From NCBI RefSeq assembly GCF_009914755.1, contig NC_060938.1: a DNA stretch of 64,000 bases; one strand, given 5' to 3'. The notes under the pieces are model-generated. The model searched no databases and was not told the origin of the DNA. It saw only the letters and a program-made list of their open reading frames with translations. The position numbers and the translations under genes are program-made. Source of the DNA: the human T2T-CHM13v2.0 reference genome, Homo sapiens. The stretch's first letter is position 1. Each line of letters starts with the position of its first letter. Below are positions 1 through 12,325 of the stretch, in pieces.

Positions 1-329
1 TTCTTGAGAATAATCACTATTTCTGTTTGTTTCTAGTTGGAAATAATTTTGTTTTTTACTTCTGACTTTAAAGCTAATTCACATTCATTGTAAAATAAAT
101 CAGAAAATAAATAAAACTATAAAAAGAAACTAGACACAATCTCTTGGTTCCCACTAGGAAACAGCCATTGTTTTGTTGTGTATCTGTCAAGAATTTTATA
201 GATGGATTCTTGGAAGGAACAAAAGAAAGGAGGATGGAAGGAGTAGAAAAAGGAAGGGCAGGAGGTAGGAAAGAAAGGAAAAGACAGTTATTATAGAGGT
301 TGTGTTAAAAATACTTGCAGTGGAAAGGA

Positions 330-830
330 TAATCTGTGAAGCATGTGTACATGAGAAAACAAGTGAGCCAAAAACTGAGGGCAGAACCTTGGGGAAAGCT
401 AAAGTATACAGCAGGAGTGATGTGGCGTGAGGTTGGGTAGTTAGAAAAGAGGAAACTCTGAAGTCTGGAGCAAGAGAACAGAGTTTCAAGAAGTGGATAT
501 GAGGAGAAGCCTCAAATGCAGCAAGAATTTCTTAGAAATACCCTCTGCATTTGACCCTCATAATATCAGCCTTGGAGGCTTCAATGGAACTATTTTGAGC
601 ACAGCAGTGGTGGCAATGCCAGACTGCAGAGAGGTTAAGCGGAAATGAGAAAGGAGAAATTGAAGACATCCACTACCAATTATCCTCCTTAATAATTTGG
701 ACATGAGAGAGAGGAAAGAGATAAAAGGAGTGGGTAAAAGCCAAATAAGTTCTTTAGTTTTAATGCTGGAGAAACTTGAGCATGTTTACACACTAAGGGC
801 AAGGAGTAAACAGAAGGCAAAAACAGAAAA
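330..830 (-). mobile_element. L2 LINE fragment (ancient)
   Basis: Purine-rich stretch with L2-antisense-like motifs, e.g. gccagactgcagagaggttaag...gagaaaggagaaattgaagaca; boundaries approximate. Confidence 0.6.
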
Positions 831-1094
831 TGCTGGCAAGAGCATGAAGCTAACAAAATAAGACTCCTTCTTTAGATGTTATAATATGTAATACGATTAC
901 CCTTGACCTTTTTTGTATCCACATTTCAGAGCAAGCACACATGAAACTTAAGGCCAAATAAAACCACCACATCCTTTTCACAAGAACTGAGGCCAGGTCA
1001 GGCCTGTTCTTCTCAGTGCCTAAGTCCTCTAGAAGCCTTTCTCCTGTACCTAAACACGGCACTGCTAACAGTCACACCTCTGACCCACCATGCT

Positions 1095-1210
1095 CTCATT
1101 CAATCAAATTTAATCAGTGCTTATCGTAGGCAGAGCATGATGTTAGCATGCAGAATAAAGCAGTACAAAACAAACGCTGTTCTGCCCTCTGAGAGCTTAT
1201 CTTCTAGTTG
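1095..1210 (-). mobile_element. L2 3' end fragment
   Basis: tcattcaatcaaatttaatcagtgctta...tgccctctgagagcttatcttctag resembles the reverse complement of the L2 3' terminus. Confidence 0.6.
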
Positions 1211-1794
1211 TTTACAGCTCATGATATATTATCTCATCAAACAGTCATCATACATATTGATAAGAATCCAAAATATGGAAGTTCTTTGGTCAGTGGCTGT
1301 TGAAACTTGTGGCAACTTTCCACCTTCCAATAAAAGAAGGAGATCATGGTCTCTTCTGTCATTGCCTGAGAATAGATTTCCAGTAGATTTGCAAATAAGA
1401 CTAGAAAATAATAATCCACAAAAAGTATAGACATATTATGGCAACAACATTAAGTAAAACAAATGTTTTAAAAGCTACATTTAACCAGTTTTTAAATGAT
1501 CTATATAACGGAAAGTATTGATTAGATTAATATTTATTTGCTTTGGGGTGCATTAGTTTTTTTAGACCAAATTGATCAAATCAAATAATTCTCTTCTAAC
1601 TTTACATAGCCTTAAATAAATTCTCTCTTTTTGCATCTGATTTTGAAACTCATGAATAAGATCATCAATATATTTTATCTTGTAAAACAATCTATCTACT
1701 ACACCAAGAAAATAATCTAAATATCTACTCTCAGGTACAAACTATATATATTCCAAAAAATAATTTCAGAAAACTTTCTAGGAAAGGGACATAG

Positions 1795-2345
<551 letters not shown>

Positions 2346-2735
2346 TTATAATAGAGAAGATTTAATTGAATAATAATAAAGAAAAACATGTATTCTTGTA
2401 AAGGTAAAATTAAAAATCTCTCTTTCTAATTTTTTTTAAACATTCTTAGTGATCATTAACAAAGAACTCTACTCCAGCATTCTGAACCCTTGACTTAAAT
2501 TGCTGAATTATTTTATTTCATGAAACATACTGAGAATGGTCAGCTAGAACTATACCTGGAGAAGCAGTTGTTTTGATGGGTAGGGGTAAGTTACATGTTT
2601 GGCTAAATGCCGTTATGCATGTCACAGTTAGAAACTTTCCTGAAGACTTTTTAGAAGTTGTAGGATATGTATGAATATGACATTTATACAGTTCCAAGCA
2701 TTTTTCACCATTCCTGTTTGCCATAGTGGTTAGAC

Positions 2736-3600
2736 TGTAGGGAGACCCCCTGAAACTACTGCTACGGAATAAAAGATGAAATCCTCCTGATTATTGTAAA
2801 TACAAAATAGCATGCAGGATTGTGTAAAAACAATGCCAGGTTGGGCTGCCAGAATGAGCCAACAGTGCATGATGTGCTTCCCCCTGCAGAGAGCCTATGA
2901 ACAGACGTGTAGTCAGGGAGGTTTCACATCACCAAGATTCCTATCCCAGGAAAGCAGATGTTCATAGCTCTGGGAATGGAATGCAACCCTTGTGGAGAGC
3001 CTATAAACAGATGCATGAGGGGCGCCTGTTCATATGGATAAGATAGGGCTATAAATGCCCTCATCTTGCCACGGCTCTTCTAGGCCTCTTTAGGGTTAAG
3101 GCATACTCCCTTCGGAGAATTTCTGGTCTAACCAGTTGTCTAGCTTCACGTCCTGTTTCTATTGATTGTTTGTAACCAGCTTTTCCTGCCACTGTTACTG
3201 CTGATTAATATCTTGCTAATCATAGGTTATGGAAAGTCTGTTTCTGTTTTAAGGCTCTGTTAGAAATTACTGATATACACACTATATTGTAAATTCTTAT
3301 CTCTGTATACTGTACTTCTGCATACAGATGTTATGCTAAAGAATTACTTCATCCCCATGTGACCTTCTCACCTCATAATCAAACGATCCTAAATCCCTCA
3401 TTAACTTACCCCCATCCTCACTAAACTTAATAATAAATGCCGGTATACCAAGTGCATTGGCGGCATCGCAGGACCAGAAGGCAGTGACCCCCCTGGACCC
3501 CCTATCTTGTGTGTGTCTATTACTTCTCGACCTGCCAATCTGCCTGGGAACAAAGAAAGAGTCATGTTGCATTGCAGGCTGCTGGCTAGATCCCACAATA
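2736..3600 (+). mobile_element. MER11D-like solo LTR (ERVK/HERV-K11D family)
   Basis: Starts tgtagggagaccccctgaaac and ends gctggctagatcccacaata; about 865 bp; flanked by direct repeat gttagac (2729-2735, 3601-3607); TATAAA at 3050 and AATAAA at 3432. Confidence 0.85.
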
Positions 3601-3806
3601 GTTAGACGAATCACATTTTCACTTGAATTTTTTGCTACTTAGAAACATGAATGAGCAACATCAAAATGATAGGTAAAATAAAACAAATATTTTTTCTAGT
3701 GTTCACCTTACCTAAATTATAAGTAAATTAAGTTCATGTAATCTGCACACCTTTAAGTTTTTAGACTAAAGTTAATTTTCCGTATAAGATTTAAAAACAC
3801 CTAGGA

Positions 3807-4103
<297 letters not shown>

Positions 4104-4336
4104 TTAACATTACATTCCCAGTAGAGGATATAATTCTTTGGATCTGGTATTTCTCTTTTAGAAAGACTTCAAATATGATCACTCTCAAAATGAGGATACA
4201 AGACGCACAATCACATAAAATGTGTATGTGTTTTATGGTCCTTCAAAAGACAATACTAGCAGCGACTCATATTAAAAGGGAAAAGAAGTATTTGACCTAT
4301 TTTAGGCAGCCATTAGAAAATGTATTATTATTATAT

Positions 4337-4455
4337 ATGTGACTTAACCTATCTGAACTTCAATCCCTTGCTTGTAAACTGTGGATAATAATAACATCTG
4401 CACATAGAATTGTTATGAGAATTAAATGAATTTATCTCTAGGAGCATAGCATGTT
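4337..4455 (+). mobile_element. MIR fragment
   Basis: Core-like acttaacctatctgaacttcaat...tgtaaactgtggataataata...gttatgagaattaaatga. Confidence 0.65.
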
Positions 4456-5536
4456 CACTGTTGTCATTCTATAGCACTAAACTAAGCAGTATTCTTTCAT
4501 CTTAGTCGGGGAGACTCTTCCTTAAACCCAAGACATGTTGATAAAGACTTGTCAAATGTTGACTGCAACACTGAATGCATTTACCCTTTGAAATTAAGGA
4601 AATAATGGTTTCTTATTTGAAGCACTTATTTCTATGTAGGTAAAAACCATATAAATTTGAAAACATGTATTCTATTTGGTTCAGAGAATTGTGTGCATTT
4701 ATATTTAGAAGTCTATAAAATCAAGGGAGAAAGATTCTGAAAATAATTTAATGAGGAAAAGACCAACAAACATATTACTACGATCAAAGCAAATGTTGTA
4801 GAAAATTGACCACCATAAGGGTTATTCAACAGAAACCACCACATCTAGATTCTCTAGTCCACCTCAGGAGCTCCTTATAAGGGTGCTAAGTCTTTCACAT
4901 AATTTGAGGCTAACAGTGCAAAGTGAGGGGAGATGAGCTACAGACTCTTATAATTGCATCAAACAGCAGTCTTCGCCTCTACATATTTATGATTAATTAC
5001 CAAGCCCTTTAAAGGCAGAGAAAAATTTCCAGTTTTCATCTTCCAAGTCAATTACGATTGCAGTCATTAGCATTAAAGAAATGCATTAGATCTATCCATT
5101 TTAATTGGCATTATAAATGTTTCTCTTTCTTTGGTTTTTATAACCTTGACAGGTCCTGACTTGGTCTTTCCTTCTTTATTATTGCCTTCATTATCTTCTC
5201 ACCCACCAATTTTGCCCTAACAATAAATTTTTCTCACTAAGTCCACTGCATTTTACTGTTTATTATTTGTGAGTTCATTTCTAATGAATTTAACTGTCAT
5301 CTTAATAGTTACCCATAGGGCCATACCTCTAGCCCTGCTCTCTCTTCTATTTCAGTCCAGTAATTCCAGGGACCAATAGAGCAAATCAAGTTTAGTATAT
5401 TTCCACTACATCATATTCACCTCCTTGCACTATCGCATTAGAATTAATCTGTGCTTTTCAGTGATACTACTTTCTTCTAATTTTCTTGCTACTGAGCTCT
5501 TTTTCACAAGTCATACCACTGAATATTTTTTTCTTT

Positions 5537-6080
5537 GTATCAGTTAAAACTTTTTATTGCTGCCAGTAACAGTAGAACTAATCCAAAGTCATTTTTTAAG
5601 GGAATAATTAGCTCAAGCAAATTAAAATCCAGATGTAGTACAGATTAGGTTCAATTCTAGGTTTTATCCAGTGCCTCAAACAATGTTATCAGTGATCTGA
5701 TTTTGCTATGCTTTCCTGTTCTTCCTTCCTTGGAATAGGCTGCATCTTAGGCTCCATCCTATGGCCTCCAAAACATCATGCCTTCCCTTATGGTAGCAAC
5801 ATGGCTGCATCAGCCCTAGTTCTCCAATCCCCATATTACAGCTCCGTTGAAGTCAGCATCTTTTCTGACAGCATCCACTTAATCCTGGGATTATTTATTT
5901 CTTGTCCTGATTTAGGTCACATATCCATCATTAAAGTCAATCACTGAGACCAGAGATGGTTCTATTGAGTCAGTGGTGTCCTCAAATCTTCCCACTACAC
6001 ATAGCTTAGAATGGTGGCAGGATGAATTCTTCAAAGGAATATCAGGGTGCTGGAGGAAGGAGAAATAAACACCAGGAAAG
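5537..6080 (-). mobile_element. MLT1 (J/K/L-type) MaLR LTR
   Basis: tgtatcagtta...gccagtaacag terminus, caacatggctgc and taggtcacat...caatcactg motifs of old MLT1 in reverse. Confidence 0.65.
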
Positions 6081-6569
6081 AAAGCAACATATGTCTGAGA
6101 CATGCGCCAATTAGATTACAAACTCTGAGCACAGATCATGTTGCATACATTCCAGTCTTCCTTATTCTTGTCTGCCCTTCCATTCCCACAATATCCAGCA
6201 CTGTGGAAGACCCACCAGCTGATTCTTAGTATATATGTTGGGATTTATTGATTGATCAACAAGTAAAATTCCAATCTGAAAGACACATATTGGATCAAAC
6301 ATTTTACATAAATTCATCTGGGACTAAGAGGCTTGGAAGATACAGAAATAGGAGATGATGTCTCTTTCCACACGTATTGTCTGCCTCCACACACATATGG
6401 AGAAGGCTCAAAACACCACCACATATTAGAATATAATTTGAAATCAGCATATGCTATCATGCCTGTGTCCTAATTTGGAATTTTAAGAATAGTGACCTCA
6501 TTACACTGACTGTGTCACGGTATCCTCCTATCACTCCTGTGTATTTTTAATGGATATGTGTGTCTTTAG

Positions 6570-6685
6570 TAGACTGGACACTTATTTAGAAAAAATAAGT
6601 AACTTCTGACTTATCATTTTATTAGCTCCAGAGTTTAGCAAAAGATATGGTACACAGTAGGTCCCAAATATCTATTTGTTAAATA
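6570..6685 (+). mobile_element. L2 3' end fragment
   Basis: tggtacacagtaggtcccaaatatctatttgttaaat resembles the L2 3' terminus. Confidence 0.55.
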
Positions 6686-7182
6686 GCATTAATTATTATA
6701 TTGTTATTTGATTAGTAAAGACAGTAAGCAAAAAGTACAAATATGGCATTCCCTTATCATGATAAATGCAGCTTAAAAGGTAAAATTCATCACTATAAAA
6801 TATTTATAATCTACATGAGGTCCTAGTTTAAGCAGCCTAAACCTTTTCCACTATAGTAATTAAATGGGTCTGGATATGTGTAGGGAGCCTCATGTAACTT
6901 AGAAAACTACTGGGAAAAAAAGTATCCAATGGGTGAGACATGGGGCTCAATAGAAGTTCAAAGACAGTGAGCTAATTTTGGTTAGGTAAGAGTGCTTTAA
7001 AATAGGGGAAACATCTATTACTCGGGTTGATTTATAGCCCAGTCTTCATGAACTCATAATATTTAAACCCCAGAGTAGAGGTGTGATTGAGGGAGAAGCT
7101 GGTAGCTTCAATAAAAGATCAAGTAACAATGAAAAGGGCTGGCTTTAGATTCAATAGCTTTGGTGCCAACAAAAATAGCAGC

Positions 7183-7538
7183 TGTATTAGTCCATTCTCA
7201 CACTGCTATAAAGATACTACCCGAGACTGGGTAATTTATAAAGAAAAGAGGTTTAATTGACTCACAGTTCTGGATGGCTGAGGAGGCCTCAGAAAGCTTA
7301 AAATCCTGGTGGAAGGGGAAGCAGGCATGTCTTACATAGCAGCAAGTGAGAGAGAGCCAGGAGAAACCGCCACTTACAAAAACATCAGATCTCGTGAGAA
7401 CTCGCTCATTATCACAAGAATAGCATGGAAGAAACCACCCTCATGCTCCAATCACCTCCCACCAAGTCCCCCCCTCCACATGTGGGGGTTATAGTTTGAG
7501 ATGAGATTTGGGTGGGGACCCAGAGCCTAACCATATCA
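7183..7538 (-). mobile_element. THE1D-like MaLR solo LTR
   Basis: tgtattagtccattctcacactgctataaag...gagatttgggtggggacccagagcctaaccatatca; 356 bp; 5-bp TSD gcagc/gtagc. Confidence 0.9.
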
Positions 7539-8639
7539 GTAGCTTCAAAAGCACAGGTTGTCCTGGCACTCTGAACCAAGTCTGGTATATTGCGGCACCA
7601 ATAGCAGAAAAGGTAGACAATATCAGATAACACATGACAAATTTTAGAACTACAGTGAAACATATAATGGAAAACCTCCCCAGTAACTCCCAGACTATCT
7701 GGAGAGAAACTGAAGCACCTAAATGTCTCACAGATCCGTTTGGACACAGCTGAAGGAACACAATATTGCTGCTCCTGTTGCAGCTGTTTTTGAATGCCAC
7801 TCAGCTAAATCCTAGGAAAATCCAGATTGTGTCTCAAAATTAGAAACTGAATTGTGAAAAGTTCTATTTTAATATGTCAACATGTTTTTTACTTCTGTTT
7901 CTTCAGAACCTATTTGTCAACGTTAGGATTTCCAGGTGTTGGGTATTCAGTCTGTATTTTAATTCCTAACAAAATGAAAAAAAAAAATTAAAAAGCAGCT
8001 ATGTACATTCCATTTATATCACTTACACAATTTCTTTCATATAACAGGACAATTACTTGCTTTTGATGGTTCTAAGAGCAGAAACACGATGTCCTTTTTA
8101 GGGCAAATTCATTGTTCTGGAAGAAGCCATTTTGTTTTCCTCTCTTGGGCATGCAGATGTAAGTTAGGTACTAGTTTATTTAGGTTAACACCTAACTTTG
8201 GGAAATTAAGTCAAATGCAAACAGTTTAAATGGAATGGAAGTAATGTCATGTCTTATATTAGCAGTCAGGCAAAGGGGCTGCTTTTGTGAAAGACTTTGA
8301 GAGGTAACTGGCAGTCATTGTGAGGAGTTTGCCATTTTTCTCCAAGACTACAGGCCAGGGTTTAGTCAGCTCTGTGTTAGAAAGGACGTGGAAGAAGTGG
8401 CTCTGAGTCGGGAAGGAGTGCATTTCAATAATAAAGTGACAGGCTAAAAATAGAAGCAGATAATGGAACTCAGAAGTGGTGATGTTTGATATAAGTAAAT
8501 TCAAACAAAAAGGAGGACACAAATAAACATGAAATAGGTGCAGACTGAAATTTTTCATCTTCTTTAACTTCCAGTACAATAGTTCTAAAGGCAGTGTTCT
8601 TCATAATAAAAGCCACTGAATCAATCAAAATTTTAGACA

Positions 8640-9049
8640 CAAATGTGATACATAACAAACCACCCACAAACTCAGTGGTTTAAAACAACAATTGTTTATT
8701 CTCACTCCCATGACTGCCAGTCGGCTGGGGATTGGCTGGTCTAGGCTGCTGTCAGCTAGTCTTGCCTTCCAAGCGGGCTTCACATGTCTCTTTTACTTCT
8801 TGGAGGAAGAGGTTAACTGAGCCCTCATGGCAATGGCAGAACCCAGGAGGGCAAGCCCAGGCATACCTTGAAAGTCATTAAGTGTGTCCACATCTGTTAA
8901 CATCTCATTGATCCAACCAAGTAACATGGCTGAACTCAAATCAAGAAATGGAACCCTCCCTCTAGGTGGAGAAACTACAAAGACCCAAAACAATGGGTGT
9001 GGATGTAAGGTAGGGTGAAGAATTAGGGTGGAAAATTCAATCTATCACA
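8640..9049 (-). mobile_element. MLT1 (H/G-type) LTR
   Basis: ataacaaaccacccacaaactcagtggtttaaaacaaca...aagtaacatggctgaactcaaa...caatctatcaca. Confidence 0.75.
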
Positions 9050-9509
9050 AAGACACAGTCAAGCAAATACAAATTACCAAATGAAATATGTACAAATGAA
9101 TCATTAAAAACAAACTTAAAGGTATATTTCTCCTCCAGATGGTGGTTGTATATTTATAGAGCACATCTGTGATCTGGGGGATTGTATGTCCAAAGGTGAT
9201 GTAAATATTAGCACAAAGAAATGAATAAGTAATAATTGTCCTATGTTCTGTCTATTCTGAAGTATGGAGGTAACTGTGAGTCTCACATTGCTGCAGCAGA
9301 TGGGAGTTTCCAAGCATTTTGTCACTTAAGAGTTAAGAGTTTACAAGTCCTCTATTGACTTGTTAATCACACCAATCAACCATCATACCAGTTTTAACAA
9401 TGGAGAAGAATAAGTACCAGAATATACTTATACCGTTGTAAGAAATAATTGGGAGTTTGTAATGAAGTGAAAATTATCCAGCAAGACAATCCAGAACTAC
9501 TACTAACTT

Positions 9510-9544
9510 TTTTTTTCCTTTGAGATGGAGTCTCGCTCTATTGC
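9510..9544 (-). mobile_element. Extremely 5'-truncated Alu (about 35 bp including tail)
   Basis: T-tract plus gagatggagtctcgctctattgc, between two identical copies of actactactaactt (9496-9509, 9545-9558). Confidence 0.85.
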
Positions 9545-9586
9545 ACTACTACTAACTTCTATGAATAGTAAAAGGATTTTACTTAA

Positions 9587-9655
9587 ACCATTTCCCCTTT
9601 GCCCTGATAAATGAGTACTGGCAGCAGGCTGCACTGTTTCTAAACAGGAAATGGG
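9587..9655 (+). mobile_element. MER75A-like piggyBac MITE
   Basis: TTAA on both sides (9583-9586, 9656-9659); TIRs accatttcccctttg / taaacaggaaatggg; internal aaatgagtactggcagcaggctgcact matches recalled MER75 sequence. Confidence 0.85.
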
Positions 9656-10009
9656 TTAAATAACCAATAGTTTTAATAGCTAAGCATATATATTCCATAT
9701 AGCCTTGCCATCAAGAGATTTCAGAGGTCCAATTTCCCTAAATATATGACCTTGCCTTAAAGTTAGCCACATAACAAAAGAAGTAGACATCTTTCTGTCT
9801 GTTCAAAAGTAAAATATGACACTAAATTCATGCATGTAATTAAAGCTTATAGACCACTTTATGGAAGAATGGCAGACTTAACTGGTTAATCCATGAAGAA
9901 AAAAAGACTTTGAACAGATGTCAAGTGACTGTGAAAAAATTTGAGAACTGTAGCATCTAGAAATGGAAGTTCCTTCAAACGTGCAACCGTTACAAATTCT
10001 GCCAACTGT

Positions 10010-10293
10010 CATTCTCAGCAAACTATCGCAAGGACAAAAAAACCAAACACCGCATGTTCTCACTCATAGGTGGGAATTGAACAATGAGAACACATGGACA
10101 CAGGAAGAGGAACATCACACACCAGGGCCTGTTGTCGGGTAGGGGGAGGGGGGAGGGATAGCATTAGGAGATATACCTAATGTAAATGACGAGTTAACGG
10201 GTGCAGCACACCAACATGGCACATGTATACATATGTAACAAACCTGCACGTTGTGCACATGTACCCTAAAACTTAGAGTATAATAATAAAAAA
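10010..10293 (+). mobile_element. L1PA2-4 3' end fragment
   Basis: Young L1 3' UTR (aaactatcgcaaggacaaaaaaaccaaacaccgcatg...gtaccctaaaactt); perfect 16-bp TSD aaattctgccaactgt at 9994-10009 and 10294-10309. Confidence 0.95.
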
Positions 10294-10399
10294 AAATTCT
10301 GCCAACTGTTGTACCTGAAAGAAAGATGCTACTATGCAGCTCAAGAGTTAATCTAAAGAGGAAACCCAGGGCTGCTATTATCCACTGTTACCTTCTCTC

Positions 10400-10403
<4 letters not shown>

Positions 10404-10437
<34 letters not shown>
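10404..10437 (+). repeat. (A)34 mononucleotide run
   Basis: Directly visible uninterrupted A run with no adjacent retroelement body. Confidence 0.95.
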
Positions 10438-10439
<2 letters not shown>

Positions 10440-11389
10440 TAAAAATAAGCAAAAGCTTGTTACAGTACTAAATGTGTCACATTACTGTTTAAATTCATCA
10501 GAGACAGATGGCTAATTTGACTAAACCAACCTTTGTTTACACTGGAACTGATCCATTGATCCTGTGCAAAAGAATTGTGGTTTAAACTTCCCCCTACTTC
10601 AGCTACCACATTAATTCCAGGGTTCGCTGCATTTCAAAAGAACAAGATTAGGATTTCCACATATTCCTTATGAATTAAAGCAACTGGATGAGTTCATAGT
10701 AATAAATATTTAGGAACCAGACTTCCCAAGGACAACATAATGAACAATAACCATGTACAGCACAGGTGGGCAGTTTTATACCTTAATGTATTATTTATAT
10801 GATAAGGAAAAATACTGCTAAATGCAAAGTAATTCTACCAGCACTGATGTTTAAGACAATACAGATTCAGATAAATAGAACCTCTATGTTTTTCCATTTG
10901 CAATTTAAACTATAATTGCTAGACTCTTTTAAGTCCTAATTATTTAAAAGAAGCAGTAGTTAAACAAATGTATGATGTTTCGAATCTGTGCTAGCACGTT
11001 GTAACCATATGCAAATATGTGCCCTGGATATATATGGCTTAGTGATAAAATAAAATTGAGAGCTTTTCCTGCCCCAATATTTTATTAAAGTATGACTAAA
11101 TAATTGACATGAGCTTTCAAATTTGTGAATTATTTTTTTTTCTACAATTAGGAGAATCTGGTCAGTGCATAATTTCATGAGTGTTAAGTAAGCATCTAAA
11201 AAGTCGACTTCATTATTCAACTACCAGGTGATTCCCAGTAAATTATAGTTCTGGAACAATAATGGGTAAGTCAAAGTGTTTCAGTCTATAACAAGACTAA
11301 GCATCTTTAGAAATTATCTTTTGTGTTGAGATTTCGTGTTATATACAAAGATAACAACACAACAACTCTTGATTGGGTGGTCCTTAAAG

Positions 11390-11650
11390 GCAGCGTTTTC
11401 TCACACTCAAAACATCTCTAACTCTCCCTATCAGATGTACTTGACCTTCCTATTACATTTACTCTGTCACTTCCATCATAGGTCTTACCACATGATGTGA
11501 TTGTGTGTGTATATGTTTCTTTCTTTTTCTCTCTCTCTCCCACTGAACTCTAAGATATTTGAAAGGTAAAAATCCCCTTGTCTACTCTACCCTATGTGAT
11601 TAGCATAGCAATTATACAGCACGTATCTGGGTGCCAGCACTTAATTAGTG
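11390..11650 (+). mobile_element. L2 3' region fragment
   Basis: ctcccactgaactctaagatatttgaaagg...cagcacgtatctggg resembles the L2 3' end. Confidence 0.55.
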
Positions 11651-11699
11651 ATACACACGTATGCATACACATATTCTCTCTCTCCCATATATATTATAT

Positions 11700-12325
11700 A
11701 AATCAGGGCTCATTATATATCTCAGGGGTAACGGAGTACCTAAGAAGGAACAACTTGGGTAAGTGGGAGACCTCCCCAAGTCTAGGATTCAGATCACTGG
11801 AGAAGGTATGGCTGCAGCCCGGTAGATAGTGGAGAAGTCTGCTGAATTGTCCAGACCAGAATTGATCCACATTTGTCTAGCCTAGTGGAAACTTCCCTCA
11901 GGGTACAGGCTGGTGAGGGCTGGTTGGTGCACACACAAATGGAGTCAGAGCATTGGAGCTTGCTCACCAGCAGAGCAGCAGGAGACCAACTGTACATAGG
12001 AGACCATCTATAAACCAGGGACAGCCACAGCAAGAACCTGGTGCCCCGGACTGCATGCACTGGGTGTGTGGCTAAAGCAGAGTGCCACCGGATGTTCCCA
12101 TGCAGGCATTCTTGCAATAGTAGCAAAAAGCAAAACCAAATCACACCAGAACCAGGAAAAGAAACCCTTTTCCTTCTGCAATGTTGCTTTAGTGCCCTCT
12201 ACTGACAAAGCTTAATTTTAAGATGTACAAAGGAGAAACACTTGGAGGGTCTAACTCCATTACAGCGGAGCAGATAATGAAGGGTGGCTATGGAGCTGAC
12301 AGGCAGTGAATAGATACCCAGAACA
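11700..12325 (-). mobile_element. LTR41-like ERVL LTR
   Basis: Reverse strand gives ctgcctgtcagctccatagccacccttcattatctgctc...tttctcctttg...aagctttgtcagtagagggcact, matching the recalled LTR41 5' region; left boundary approximate. Confidence 0.75.
12190..12208 (-). promoter_or_regulatory. Candidate CTCF motif within LTR41
   Basis: Minus strand TTGTCAGTAGAGGGCACTA fits the core CCASYAGRKGGCRS with one mismatch. Confidence 0.6.

Noticed and set aside
8161-8198. 9-bp inverted repeat aagttaggt...acctaactt
   Set aside because: Short stem with a long loop; expected by chance in AT-rich DNA.
9132-9145. Second CTCF-like motif CCTCCAGATGGTGG
   Set aside because: Two mismatches to the core, including the conserved C of GGC; too weak without ChIP data.
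10270-10282. acttagagtata, resembling the L1HS-Ta 3' diagnostic G
   Set aside because: Upstream diagnostics are of older type (taatgtaaatgacgag, no ACA), so this is probably an independent substitution and not an L1HS.
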